DNA of 64,000 nt from Desulfonatronovibrio sp. (GTDB lineage Bacteria; Desulfobacterota; Desulfovibrionia; Desulfovibrionales; Desulfonatronovibrionaceae): positions 11,083 through 75,082 of the forward strand of contig JBKHCI010000001.1 in the NCBI GenBank assembly GCA_046541915.1, written 5' to 3'. Shown piece by piece: positions 10,028 through 18,980 of this stretch. Position 1 is the first letter of the stretch. Each line of letters opens with the position of its first letter. The translations under genes and the position numbers were made by a program. The notes under the pieces were generated by a model. That model was not told the DNA's origin. It saw nothing but the letters and a program-made list of their open reading frames with translations, and searched no databases.

Positions 10028-11275
10028 ATGTCCAATAGCAGTATTCTGGTTATCGGCGGCGGGTTCAGCGGCATAACAGCCGCTCTGGAAGCCGCGGAAG
10101 TGGGCCACGAGGTATTTATCGTGGAAAAAATGCCATATCTTGGAGGACGTGTGGCGCAACTTAAACATTATTTTCCTAAGCTTTGTCCTCCCAGCTGCGG
10201 TCTGGAGATAAACTTTCAGCGGATTAAAAATAATCCCAAAGTAAAATATTTTACTTTGGCTGAAGTGGTATCCGTGTCCGGGGGGCCTGGTAATTACGAA
10301 GTAAAAATAAAGATCAAGCCCAGGTTTGTTAATAATAACTGTACAGCCTGCAATAAATGCGTTGAGGTATGTCCGGTTGAACGCAACAGCGAGTTCGACT
10401 TTGATATGGGCAAGACCAAGGCCATTTACAGGCCTCACCTCATGTCTTTTCCCATGAGGTATGTTATCGACAGCGAGGTCTGTGAAGGCTCATCCTGCGC
10501 CAAATGCGTGGAAGCCTGCCAGTATCAGGCCATTGATCTGGAAGAAAAAGAAAAAGAGATTACCATCAATGTGGGATCTCTAATCGTTGCCAGCGGATGG
10601 GAGCCTTATGACGTAGCCAAACTGACTCATCTTGGAGGTGGTCAGATCTCCAATGTCATCACCAACATGCAGATGGAACGTCTGGCAGCACCTGCTGGTC
10701 CGACCAGTGGAAAGATTGAGCGTCCATCAGATGGAGCAGAGCCTAAGAGAATCGCCTTTGTCCAGTGCGCAGGGTCCAGAGATCAGAATCATCTGGATTA
10801 TTGTTCGTATATCTGCTGCATGGCATCTCTTAAGCATTGCACCTACATCCGGGAGCAATATCCTGACGCAGAAGTGGTCATTTACTACATCGATCTCCGG
10901 GCGCCGGGCAGGTATGAAAAGTTTCTGAATAAAATCCAGCAGGACGAAAAAGTCCAGATGGTCAAGGGGAAAGTCGCCAGGATAGAGGAAGAAACTGGCT
11001 CCGGCGACGTTATAGTCACTGCTGAAGATATTATGGGCGGCCTGAAAAAAGAGGAAAAGTTCGATCTGGTGGTCCTGGCCACAGGCATGCAGCCTTCAGT
11101 CGCTGTAAATGGACAGTCTCTGGATCTGCCTAAAGACGATCAAGGCTTCATCATCGGCGGAGAGGAAAAAGGTGTTTTTGCCGTTGGATGCGCCAAAATG
11201 CCGCTGGATGTAATGTCATCTGCTGAGACCGCTACGGGTGCGGCCCTGAAAGCTATTCAAACGGTTAGGAGGTAA
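10028..11275 (+). CDS. qmoA: QmoA (HdrA-like flavoprotein)
   Basis: GGGFSGITAA, FPKLCPPSCG, QCAGSRD, CSYICC; follows aprA. Confidence 0.96.
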   Translation: MSNSSILVIGGGFSGITAALEAAEVGHEVFIVEKMPYLGGRVAQLKHYFPKLCPPSCGLEINFQRIKNNPKVKYFTLAEVVSVSGGPGNYEVKIKIKPRFVNNNCTACNKCVEVCPVERNSEFDFDMGKTKAIYRPHLMSFPMRYVIDSEVCEGSSCAKCVEACQYQAIDLEEKEKEITINVGSLIVASGWEPYDVAKLTHLGGGQISNVITNMQMERLAAPAGPTSGKIERPSDGAEPKRIAFVQCAGSRDQNHLDYCSYICCMASLKHCTYIREQYPDAEVVIYYIDLRAPGRYEKFLNKIQQDEKVQMVKGKVARIEEETGSGDVIVTAEDIMGGLKKEEKFDLVVLATGMQPSVAVNGQSLDLPKDDQGFIIGGEEKGVFAVGCAKMPLDVMSSAETATGAALKAIQTVRR

Positions 11276-11281
11276 GTCATA

Positions 11282-13465
11282 ATGGCTGACAAGAAAATTG
11301 GAGTATATATCTGTACCGGTTGTGAAATCGGAGAAAACGTTAACATGGAAAAGGTGACCGAGTACATTGATGAGGAATGTTCTCCGGCAGTAATGAAACA
11401 GGTGCCTTTTCTGTGTGGAAAAGAAGGGCTGGCCCAGATTCAAAACGATGTGGAGTCCGAGGGCATAAACCGTGTCTGCGTGGCTGCCTGTTCGCCCAGG
11501 GTTATGTGGGATGTATTTGAATTCGGCCCTGATGTTGTGGTTGACCGGGCCAATATCAGGGAGCTGGCAGTGTGGTCTTTTCTGGATCCGGAGCTTCCCG
11601 AGCCTGAAGAAGACGAAATGTCGGATCCCTTGACCATGATGGTCAGGGATTACATCAAGATGAGTGTGTCCAAGCTGGAACGCGTAACCAAACCTGAAGC
11701 CGAACCCATAGAACTGGATAAGACCATAATGGTTCTGGGCGGAGGTCTGACCGGCCTGACCGCGGCTCTTAACGCGGCTGAAACCGGTTATGATGTTGTT
11801 GTGGTTGAAAAAGAAGAAAAGATCGGCGGGTTTGCAACCAAAATGTATAAGCAGACTCCCACCAAACATCCGTACGAGCAGGCTGAGGCTCCATCCATAG
11901 ATGATATTATTTCCAAGGTGGAAGCCAGCGACAAGATCAAAGTTATGACCAAGGCCAGTCTTGAGCTTATCAAAGGGGCTCCGGGCAAATATAAGGTGAC
12001 AGTCAAGCAGGGAGAGGAAGAACAGGTACTGAGCATTGGTTCGGTTATCCTGGCTACTGGATGGAAACCTTATGACGCCTCCAAACTGGATAACCTGGGC
12101 TACGGCAAGCTTAAAAACGTGGTTACCAATGTAGAGCTGGAAACAATGGCCAAAGAAGGCGGGCTTAAGCGCCCGTCCGACGGTCAGCCTGTAACCAGTG
12201 CAGCATTTATACAATGTGCGGGCCAGAGAGATCCTGAGCATCTTGCTTATTGTTCCGCGGTCTGCTGCATGGCCTCACTTAAGCAGGCTGGATACGTACG
12301 CGAGCAGGATCCTGATGCCAAAGCCTTTATTTTTTATAAGGATATGCGCACCCCCGGGGTTTTTGAAAATTATTACCGGGCAGCACAGGATGATCCCGGC
12401 ATTTTTCTGACCAAGTCCGAAATTAAGGAAGTGAGCGAAGGCGAGAACGGAAAAGTTATTGTCAAGGTAACTGATACCCTTCTTGGTGAAGATTTTGAAG
12501 TGGAAGTTGATCTTCTGGTACTGGCTACTGGAATGGTGCCCACCATTGCCGATGAACCCGTACTCAGGCTTGGCTACCGCCAGGGCGAACAGATACCGGA
12601 CCTGGAGCTTTTTGACGGATTTGCCGATTCAAACTACATCTGTTTTCCTTATGAAACAAGGAGAACCGGAATTTACGCGGCCGGATGCGTGCGCCAGCCC
12701 ATGTCCATGGGCTCAGCCAAGGACGATGCCGCAGGAGCAGCTCTTAAGTCCATTCAATGTCTGGAGTCCATTAACAGGGGCGTGTCTGTACATCCAAGGT
12801 CGGGTGACCCCACCTATCCCAAGTTCAATATGGTCCGCTGCACTCAGTGCAAGAGATGTACTGAAGAGTGTCCTTTTGGAGCCCTGGATGACGATGAAAA
12901 GGGTACACCAGAACCTAACACCACCAGATGCCGGAGATGCGGGACCTGTATGGGTGCCTGTCCGGAACGGGTAATCTCATTTGATAACTACAGCGTAGCC
13001 ATGCTTAATGAAATGATCGCCTCTATTCAGGTGCCTGAGGATGAAGAAGAGGGCGGTTACAGGATGCTGGTCCTTGTCTGTGAAAACGATGCTTATCCTG
13101 CTCTGGACATGGCTGCCATGCGCAAGAAAAAATGGTCGTCTTTTGTCCGGTTTATTTCTGTACGCTGCCTTGGCTCGGTTAACACTCAGTGGATTGCTGA
13201 AGCCATGAGTAAGGGAATGGACGGAGTCCTGCTTCTGGGCTGCAAGTATGGAGATGATTACCAGTGTCACTTTGTCAAAGGCAGTGAGCTTTGTAATAAG
13301 AGAATGGACAACATCGGTGAAACTCTGGAGCGTCTCCAGGTTGAGGCGGAAAGAGTTCAACAGAAGCAGATCGCCATTGATGAATACGACAAAATACCGC
13401 AGATGATTGATGATTTTATTGAAGAGATCGAAGGTTACGGTCCAAATCCATACAAGGGCTTCTAG
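11282..13465 (+). CDS. qmoB: QmoB (HdrA-like with C-terminal MvhD domain)
   Basis: AACSPR, GGGLTG, QCAGQRD, two ferredoxin motifs, CENDAY...VRCLGSV...GCKYGDDYQCHF. Confidence 0.96.
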   Translation: MADKKIGVYICTGCEIGENVNMEKVTEYIDEECSPAVMKQVPFLCGKEGLAQIQNDVESEGINRVCVAACSPRVMWDVFEFGPDVVVDRANIRELAVWSFLDPELPEPEEDEMSDPLTMMVRDYIKMSVSKLERVTKPEAEPIELDKTIMVLGGGLTGLTAALNAAETGYDVVVVEKEEKIGGFATKMYKQTPTKHPYEQAEAPSIDDIISKVEASDKIKVMTKASLELIKGAPGKYKVTVKQGEEEQVLSIGSVILATGWKPYDASKLDNLGYGKLKNVVTNVELETMAKEGGLKRPSDGQPVTSAAFIQCAGQRDPEHLAYCSAVCCMASLKQAGYVREQDPDAKAFIFYKDMRTPGVFENYYRAAQDDPGIFLTKSEIKEVSEGENGKVIVKVTDTLLGEDFEVEVDLLVLATGMVPTIADEPVLRLGYRQGEQIPDLELFDGFADSNYICFPYETRRTGIYAAGCVRQPMSMGSAKDDAAGAALKSIQCLESINRGVSVHPRSGDPTYPKFNMVRCTQCKRCTEECPFGALDDDEKGTPEPNTTRCRRCGTCMGACPERVISFDNYSVAMLNEMIASIQVPEDEEEGGYRMLVLVCENDAYPALDMAAMRKKKWSSFVRFISVRCLGSVNTQWIAEAMSKGMDGVLLLGCKYGDDYQCHFVKGSELCNKRMDNIGETLERLQVEAERVQQKQIAIDEYDKIPQMIDDFIEEIEGYGPNPYKGF

Positions 13466-13476
13466 GAGGTTTATAG

Positions 13477-14619
13477 ATGGCAACAAGAATAGAACCAAAT
13501 GTGCAGTTTATCCGGGAAATCCAGGCTGCCGGTGGTGAGTCACTGAAAAAGTGCTACCAGTGTGCAACCTGCAGCGTGATTTGTCCGCTTTCCCCTGAGG
13601 AAGCTCCTTTTCCCAGAAAAGAGATGGTTTGGGCTCAATGGGGGCTTAAGGACAAACTGGTCAATGATATTGATATCTGGCTTTGTCACAATTGCGGTGA
13701 GTGTTCAGATAATTGTCCCAGGGGCGCCAAGCCCGGTGATTTGCTGGCAGCGCTCAGGAATATGGCCTACAAATCCCTGGCTAAACCGGCTGTAATCGGA
13801 GAATGGATGAGCTCTCCCAAGTATCTGCCCATTCTGGCGGGCATACCAGCTGTCCTTTTTCTCATTATCTGGTATCTGACTACAGGGCTGACCATTCCTG
13901 ACGGCGAAATCATTTTTGCCAAGGTTTATCCAACCCTGCAGACAATAGATCCTCTTTTTATTCTGGTAGTCTTGTTTGTGATATTTACTTTTGGGACAGC
14001 CATAGGAAAGATGACTTCATCGTTCAGAGATTCAGGGCTGACCCCCAAAGAAGATTCGCCTGGTATTTTTCAGTCATTGATAGCCGTGATCAAGGACGAG
14101 ATCATAAATCACCGTAAATTCAAGGATTGCGAATCCAATCAGGACCGCTATCCTGGTCATTTGCTGGTTTTTTACGGGTTTATCGCCCTGGCTGTGGTTA
14201 CCGGTACAATCGCGGTGTTTTACTGGACCAACAAACTGTTCGGTTTCGGCATGACCACGCCTCTGGCTCTCTGGAATCCGGTCAAGATTCTGGCCAATGT
14301 TGGCGGTATAGCATTGATCGTTGGTCTGGTTTATCTCACCAGGAACAGACTCAACGCAGACCCCAAAAAGTCCACCAATTCCTATTATGACTGGTATCTC
14401 ATCGGGGTGATCTGGGTGGTTGCTGTCACCGGTTTCCTGGCTCAGATATTCAGGCTTGCCGACGCAGCAGCACTTGCCTATATGGTTTACTACCTGCATC
14501 TGGTGAGCATCTTCATGCTCTTTGCTTACCTGCCCTGGTCCAAGCTTGCGCACCTTGTGTACCGCACGGTTGCACTGGCCTATGCCAGACAGATCGGCCG
14601 CAGAGGCTCGAATGAATAA
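13477..14619 (+). CDS. qmoC: QmoC (HdrC-like FeS domain plus heme b membrane domain)
   Basis: CYQCATCSVICP, CHNCGECSDNCP, TM region ending YLPWSKLAHLVYR. Confidence 0.96.
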   Translation: MATRIEPNVQFIREIQAAGGESLKKCYQCATCSVICPLSPEEAPFPRKEMVWAQWGLKDKLVNDIDIWLCHNCGECSDNCPRGAKPGDLLAALRNMAYKSLAKPAVIGEWMSSPKYLPILAGIPAVLFLIIWYLTTGLTIPDGEIIFAKVYPTLQTIDPLFILVVLFVIFTFGTAIGKMTSSFRDSGLTPKEDSPGIFQSLIAVIKDEIINHRKFKDCESNQDRYPGHLLVFYGFIALAVVTGTIAVFYWTNKLFGFGMTTPLALWNPVKILANVGGIALIVGLVYLTRNRLNADPKKSTNSYYDWYLIGVIWVVAVTGFLAQIFRLADAAALAYMVYYLHLVSIFMLFAYLPWSKLAHLVYRTVALAYARQIGRRGSNE

Positions 14620-14646
14620 GAACAGATAGTCTTTGATCTTAACTTT

Positions 14647-14676
14647 AAAAAGCCCTGCTTGTGCAGGGCTTTTTTT
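14647..14676 (+). terminator. Rho-independent terminator after qmoC
   Basis: AAAAAGCCCTGC-ttgt-GCAGGGCTTTTTTT. Confidence 0.85.
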
Positions 14677-14734
14677 ATGACACGACTTGTTGGGTTGATG
14701 AAGATCTTAGCCTGACTCCATATGGCATTTTGCA

Positions 14735-14845
14735 TGTTAAAAAACCACTTTTGCTAAAAAGCCACAACAGGCAAAAACGCTGAGAATAAATAAAAGTCAA
14801 TATTTCAACCTGTTATCCCTAAAAACTTTAGGTACACTTTTTGCT
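14735..14845 (+). promoter_or_regulatory. sigma54 promoter of lpxC with tandem upstream activator-like repeats
   Basis: AGGTACACTTTTTGCT (GG 14831-32, N10, GC 14843-44); direct repeats TGTTAAAAAACCAC (14735) and TGCTAAAAAGCCAC (14752). Confidence 0.65.
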
Positions 14846-14869
14846 TAAGGTTTGCAACAGGAGGAATGG

Positions 14870-15793
14870 ATGAAGCAGCAAACCATAAAAAAAGAAATAA
14901 AGTGCTCCGGAATAGGACTGCATACCGGCCAGAAGGTTTCCTTATGTCTCAGGCCGGCAGAAGAAGATACCGGAATTGTGTTTGTGCACAAAGGCGCTCA
15001 AGGCCAGCACAGGCTTGAGCTTAGTCCTCACATTGTAACCTCCACTGACCTGGCCACCACCATTGGTACCAACGGCACGCGTATTTCCACTGTGGAACAT
15101 CTTCTGGCCGCGCTGAACGGTCTGGGTATTGATAATATATATATTGAAGTTGAGGGCACTGAGCTGCCTATTATGGATGGAAGCGCGGCATCCTTTGTCT
15201 TTCTGATTCATTCCGCCGGCATCCGGAAGCAGCGCCGGGCCAGACAGGTATTGGCCTTTAAAAAACCTCTGACATTCAAAGAAGATGGGCGCTGGATCCG
15301 GGTGACTCCTTATGAAGGCATGAAGATCAGCTACACCATAGATTTTGATCATCCCATGATAGGCAGGCAGTCACTCAGCTTTGAACATGATTCAGGGCAG
15401 TTTATCAAGACCCTGTCCAAAGCCAGAACCTTTGGTTTTTTAAGGGACGTGGAAAATCTGCAGAGTATGGGCCTTGCCCTGGGCGGCTCCCTGGACAACG
15501 CGGTGGTTCTGGATGAATACGGAGTGATCAATCCAGGGGGCATGCGTTTTTCCGATGAGCTGGTCAGGCATAAGGTCCTGGATTTCATTGGTGATATGAC
15601 TATGATGGGCGTTGGCCTGTGGGGCTCTTTTGAAGTACACTGTTCAGGTCATGCTTTTAATAATTCATTTTTGCGCTTTCTGGATAAACACAGGGAAGAT
15701 TATCTGCAACCGGTGAATTTTGAATCATATAGTCCCGGATACGCGCTGCCAGAGCCTGAAACCGCGCCCTGCACCGAGCCTGCCATGGCCTGA
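14870..15793 (+). CDS. lpxC: UDP-3-O-acyl-GlcNAc deacetylase
   Basis: GIGLHTG, STVEHLLAAL, ELPIMDGSA, ARTFGF, GGSLDNA, RHKVLDFIGD; ATG 14870 after GGAGG. Confidence 0.97.
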   Translation: MKQQTIKKEIKCSGIGLHTGQKVSLCLRPAEEDTGIVFVHKGAQGQHRLELSPHIVTSTDLATTIGTNGTRISTVEHLLAALNGLGIDNIYIEVEGTELPIMDGSAASFVFLIHSAGIRKQRRARQVLAFKKPLTFKEDGRWIRVTPYEGMKISYTIDFDHPMIGRQSLSFEHDSGQFIKTLSKARTFGFLRDVENLQSMGLALGGSLDNAVVLDEYGVINPGGMRFSDELVRHKVLDFIGDMTMMGVGLWGSFEVHCSGHAFNNSFLRFLDKHREDYLQPVNFESYSPGYALPEPETAPCTEPAMA

Positions 15794-15814
15794 TGAGCAT
15801 ATACTTATCCACTT

Positions 15815-15842
15815 AAAAGCGCCCCAGGGCGCTTTTTTTTTT
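15815..15842 (+). terminator. Rho-independent terminator after lpxC
   Basis: AAAAGCGCCC-ca-GGGCGCTTTT plus T run. Confidence 0.8.
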
Positions 15843-15867
15843 GGGAAAATATTATCTTTTGTAAATG

Positions 15868-16077
15868 TCCCATCCTAGCGCGCCCGGGATCCGGGACTCA
15901 CTTGAGATGTAAGTATATATTTATGCCCAGATGATATCCACTCAAGCGTGTGCCGGACAAAGCCGAACCCGCGAGCCACTTATAACGCATCACCCCTGGG
16001 TTCCGGTTCTCGCCGGAATGACGGAAAAAGGCATATGCCTTCTTTAACCGTCACCCAGGACCTGATCCAGGGTCCAG
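15868..16077. repeat. Composite palindromic repeat cluster: module X with an inserted hairpin, then a degenerate REP-like pair
   Basis: TCCCATCCTAGCGCGCCCGGGATC...GAACCCGCGAG resembles 24099-24143 and 45122-45166; inner hairpin 15891-15906/15941-15956; inverted pair CTGGGTTCCGG..CCGGAATGACGG / CCGTCACCCAGG..GGGTCCAG (15996-16077). Confidence 0.6.
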
Positions 16078-16091
16078 TTTTAATGAAGTTA

Positions 16092-16349
16092 CCTGAATCC
16101 GTGAAAGCAGGTTCCGGGGTTTGATAAAAGGGCCGCAAAAACTCACTTCAAGGCGGTCTAAATCAAAATCCAGGCCTTGCCCGTGATGAGGTTTTACTGG
16201 AAAGCCTCGTTTGTTTATTGAGTTAACTTAGACAGTTAAAGGATTTTGATTAAGTCCGCCTAAGTCGCTCAGACAGTTTGCGGCCCTTTTGTTAAACCCC
16301 GGAACCTGCATAAGCAATAAGTTCAAAATACCAATTTCACGGATTCAAG
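16092..16349. mobile_element. MITE-like non-autonomous element
   Basis: Terminal inverted repeats CCTGAATCCGTGAAA / TTTCACGGATTCAAG (14/15); flanking direct repeat AAGTTA (or GAAGTTAC if ends are 16093/16348); nested internal inverted repeats; no ORF. Confidence 0.75.
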
Positions 16350-16540
16350 AAGTTACTTAGAAGGCTTCGGGTTAGGGCCAGGAAAAACAGGATTGATTTT
16401 TTTTCTGTGATACATGATAAAACCGCTCATCAATACTCAATCCCTGGAATTGCCGGAATGTCTGATTACATACAGGCAATTTCACAGATTCAAATTGTAA
16501 ATTTAAAATTAGATTACCTAATAAACAAGGATCATAACCC

Positions 16541-17230
16541 ATGCCCATTGCCACCTTTGTCAACGCGGCCGCCATCATACTGGGAAGTCTTGCCGGAGTA
16601 TTTCTGGGGCGTAATTTTCCGGACCGGGTCAGGACTATTGTTTACCAGGGGATTGGATTGAGTGTTCTGGTAATCGGTCTGGATATGGCACTGGCTTATG
16701 AAAATATTATCCTGGTGGTATTTTCAGCACTTCTGGGAGGTGTTACCGGAGAGCTGCTCAGGCTGGATCAGAAGATGACCAATTTTGGAAACTGGCTTAA
16801 GGGCGCCATCAGGTCAAGGGACGCACGCTTTACTGACGGTTTTGTCACGGCTTCCCTGATTTTCTGCATCGGTTCCATGGCCATACTGGGCTCTATTGAC
16901 GAGGGCATCAGAGGAGACAGAACCATCCTGCTGACCAAGTCTATTCTGGATGGGTTTATATGTATTCCCCTGGCTGCGACTTATGGAATCGGGGTTTTGT
17001 TTTCAGCACTGCCCATAATTTTGTATCAGGGATCAATAACTGTTGCCGCTTCCCATTCCCAGGCCTTTTTCAGTCCGGAAATCATAGCCCAGATTACTTC
17101 AGTGGGTGGCCTGCTGATCATGGGTATCGGCATTACCCTGCTGGACCTCAAAAAGGTCAACGTAACCAATCTTTTACCGTCTCTGGTATACGCGGTATTG
17201 TTCGTCAAGATCATGCCTTTGTTTGCTTAG
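16541..17230 (+). CDS. DUF554 family membrane protein
   Basis: 229 aa hydrophobic; TFVNAAAIILGS, GFVTASLIFCIGSMAILGS, KSILDG, YQGSIT, NLLPSL. Confidence 0.88.
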   Translation: MPIATFVNAAAIILGSLAGVFLGRNFPDRVRTIVYQGIGLSVLVIGLDMALAYENIILVVFSALLGGVTGELLRLDQKMTNFGNWLKGAIRSRDARFTDGFVTASLIFCIGSMAILGSIDEGIRGDRTILLTKSILDGFICIPLAATYGIGVLFSALPIILYQGSITVAASHSQAFFSPEIIAQITSVGGLLIMGIGITLLDLKKVNVTNLLPSLVYAVLFVKIMPLFA

Positions 17231-17242
17231 ACCGCGGCATAC

Positions 17243-18775
17243 TCAACTGTATTTACCTTCTGCTGCCATTTTCCTGCATATTTTTTCAACTTCGCGGAAG
17301 TTTACCTTGCCTGAGCCCATTACAGGGATGTTTTCAATGACAAAAAAGTTTTTAGGCAGGGCGATCTGTGGAAGTTCTCTGCTCATCTGTCTGATAATTT
17401 TTTTTCTGTTAAATTCGCTGGTGGTGACAGCTGCAACCACATCCGCTCCCTTGACGGGATTGGGCACGTCCACAACGCAGCAGAGTACGTCTTCAGGAAT
17501 ATGTTTGTTAAGCACCTCTTCAACCCGGACCAGTGAAACCATTTCTCCTCCAACCTTGACGAATCTCTTAAGGCGTCCTTTGTGCCACAGGAAACCTTCC
17601 TCATCCAGCATGCCCATATCCCCAGTATCATACCAGCCGTTGTGGATGCGCATGGAAGTTTCTTCCAGGTCTCCTAAATAGCCCTTCATGACCATGTCTC
17701 CCTTGACCAGGATCTTGCCGGTGCTGTTGGGGGGGAGTTCTTCATCAGTATCAACGTTGAGGATTTTTATTTCCACTCCGGGTATGGCCTTACCCACAGT
17801 TCCCATTTTGTTGACATCTGGGGTGTTTATGGCAATGGCCGGGCTTGTCTCTGTAGTGCCGTAGGCATCCAGGATTTTGAGGTTGTGTTTTTCCTGAAAG
17901 CCTTCAAATATCTGAGGGGCAAGGGTGTCAGCACCGGAAAGGGCAACCCTTACGGACGCGAAATCTCCAGGCTGGGATTTTTTAAGATAACCGTGGTAAA
18001 ATGAAGGAGTTCCGGTCATGACAGTTACCTTGTATTCCCTGACCAGACCACTTATGATTTTGAATTCAAGGGGACTTGGATACGCGACTATGCTGGTTCC
18101 AGTGCAGAGAGGCAGCCAGAAATTGGCGGTGAGTCCAAATACATGGAAAAGTGGAAGGCTGGCCAGAAAAATATCTTCGGGTCCCACCTCCACGATTTTG
18201 GGTATGTTATCCACGTTATGACTGATATTTTTATGGCTGAGCTGGACAACCTTGGGCTCCTTTTCGCTGCCGCTGGTAAACAGAATAACTGCTGTTTCGT
18301 CCATATCACCGCCATGGACCAACTTTAAGATGAGCCTGGAGGGCATTTTCGCCTTGATCAGGGCGGGCACTTTGTCGGAAAGGCCGATGGTGGCAACCAT
18401 GTCCTCCAGAAAAATCATACCTGGAACTGGTTCGATACTTAATTTTTCCAGGAGTTTTTTACTGGTGATTATAGTCTGGAAACTGCATTTATCCTGGGCA
18501 TAAACAGCATTATCCCTGGCTCCGGTGGCATAGTTGATCATGACTGGTATTTTTCCGGTCATGAGCAGGCCAAGACTTGCAAGCATGCATCCGGCAGAGG
18601 TGGGTACCATGACGCCCACATACTGGGTTTTGATTTTACTGAAACGTCCGGCAAGGATCAGGCTGATTATGAGCATGCGTTCATAAGTAAGTTTACGCTC
18701 CGTGCCCATGTCGTGAACAGCGACCTTGTTCGGATATTTTTTAGCGGTTTGAATAAACCTTTGATGAAGTTGCAT
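17243..18775 (-). CDS. AMP-binding acyl-ACP/acyl-CoA synthetase (resembles the Aas synthetase domain)
   Basis: LFTSGSEKEPKVVQLSH, LPLFHVFG, YGTTETSP, WYDTGD, GRLKRFVKVGGEMVSL, GSGKVNF. Confidence 0.88.
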   Translation of the reverse strand: MQLHQRFIQTAKKYPNKVAVHDMGTERKLTYERMLIISLILAGRFSKIKTQYVGVMVPTSAGCMLASLGLLMTGKIPVMINYATGARDNAVYAQDKCSFQTIITSKKLLEKLSIEPVPGMIFLEDMVATIGLSDKVPALIKAKMPSRLILKLVHGGDMDETAVILFTSGSEKEPKVVQLSHKNISHNVDNIPKIVEVGPEDIFLASLPLFHVFGLTANFWLPLCTGTSIVAYPSPLEFKIISGLVREYKVTVMTGTPSFYHGYLKKSQPGDFASVRVALSGADTLAPQIFEGFQEKHNLKILDAYGTTETSPAIAINTPDVNKMGTVGKAIPGVEIKILNVDTDEELPPNSTGKILVKGDMVMKGYLGDLEETSMRIHNGWYDTGDMGMLDEEGFLWHKGRLKRFVKVGGEMVSLVRVEEVLNKHIPEDVLCCVVDVPNPVKGADVVAAVTTSEFNRKKIIRQMSRELPQIALPKNFFVIENIPVMGSGKVNFREVEKICRKMAAEGKYS

Positions 18776-18980
18776 TTAACAGCTCCTGTGATGATCTCCT
18801 GAATTCTGCCGGAGTTGGGGATCAAACAGCAAAGCTTTTTGGAATCAGCTTGGACAGAAAATTGATCAGCAACCCGGCGAAAATATACTGCTATAGTATT
18901 GCTTAAGAAAATTCAACTGTTGATTTGGGACAATTTTGCAGAATATTTTTAACAGACCGGGTTTCTGTCAGCCCGGATGT

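Noticed and set aside
7348-14619. Selenocysteine or stop read-through in Apr/Qmo
   Set aside because: All ORFs are full length with no in-frame TGA
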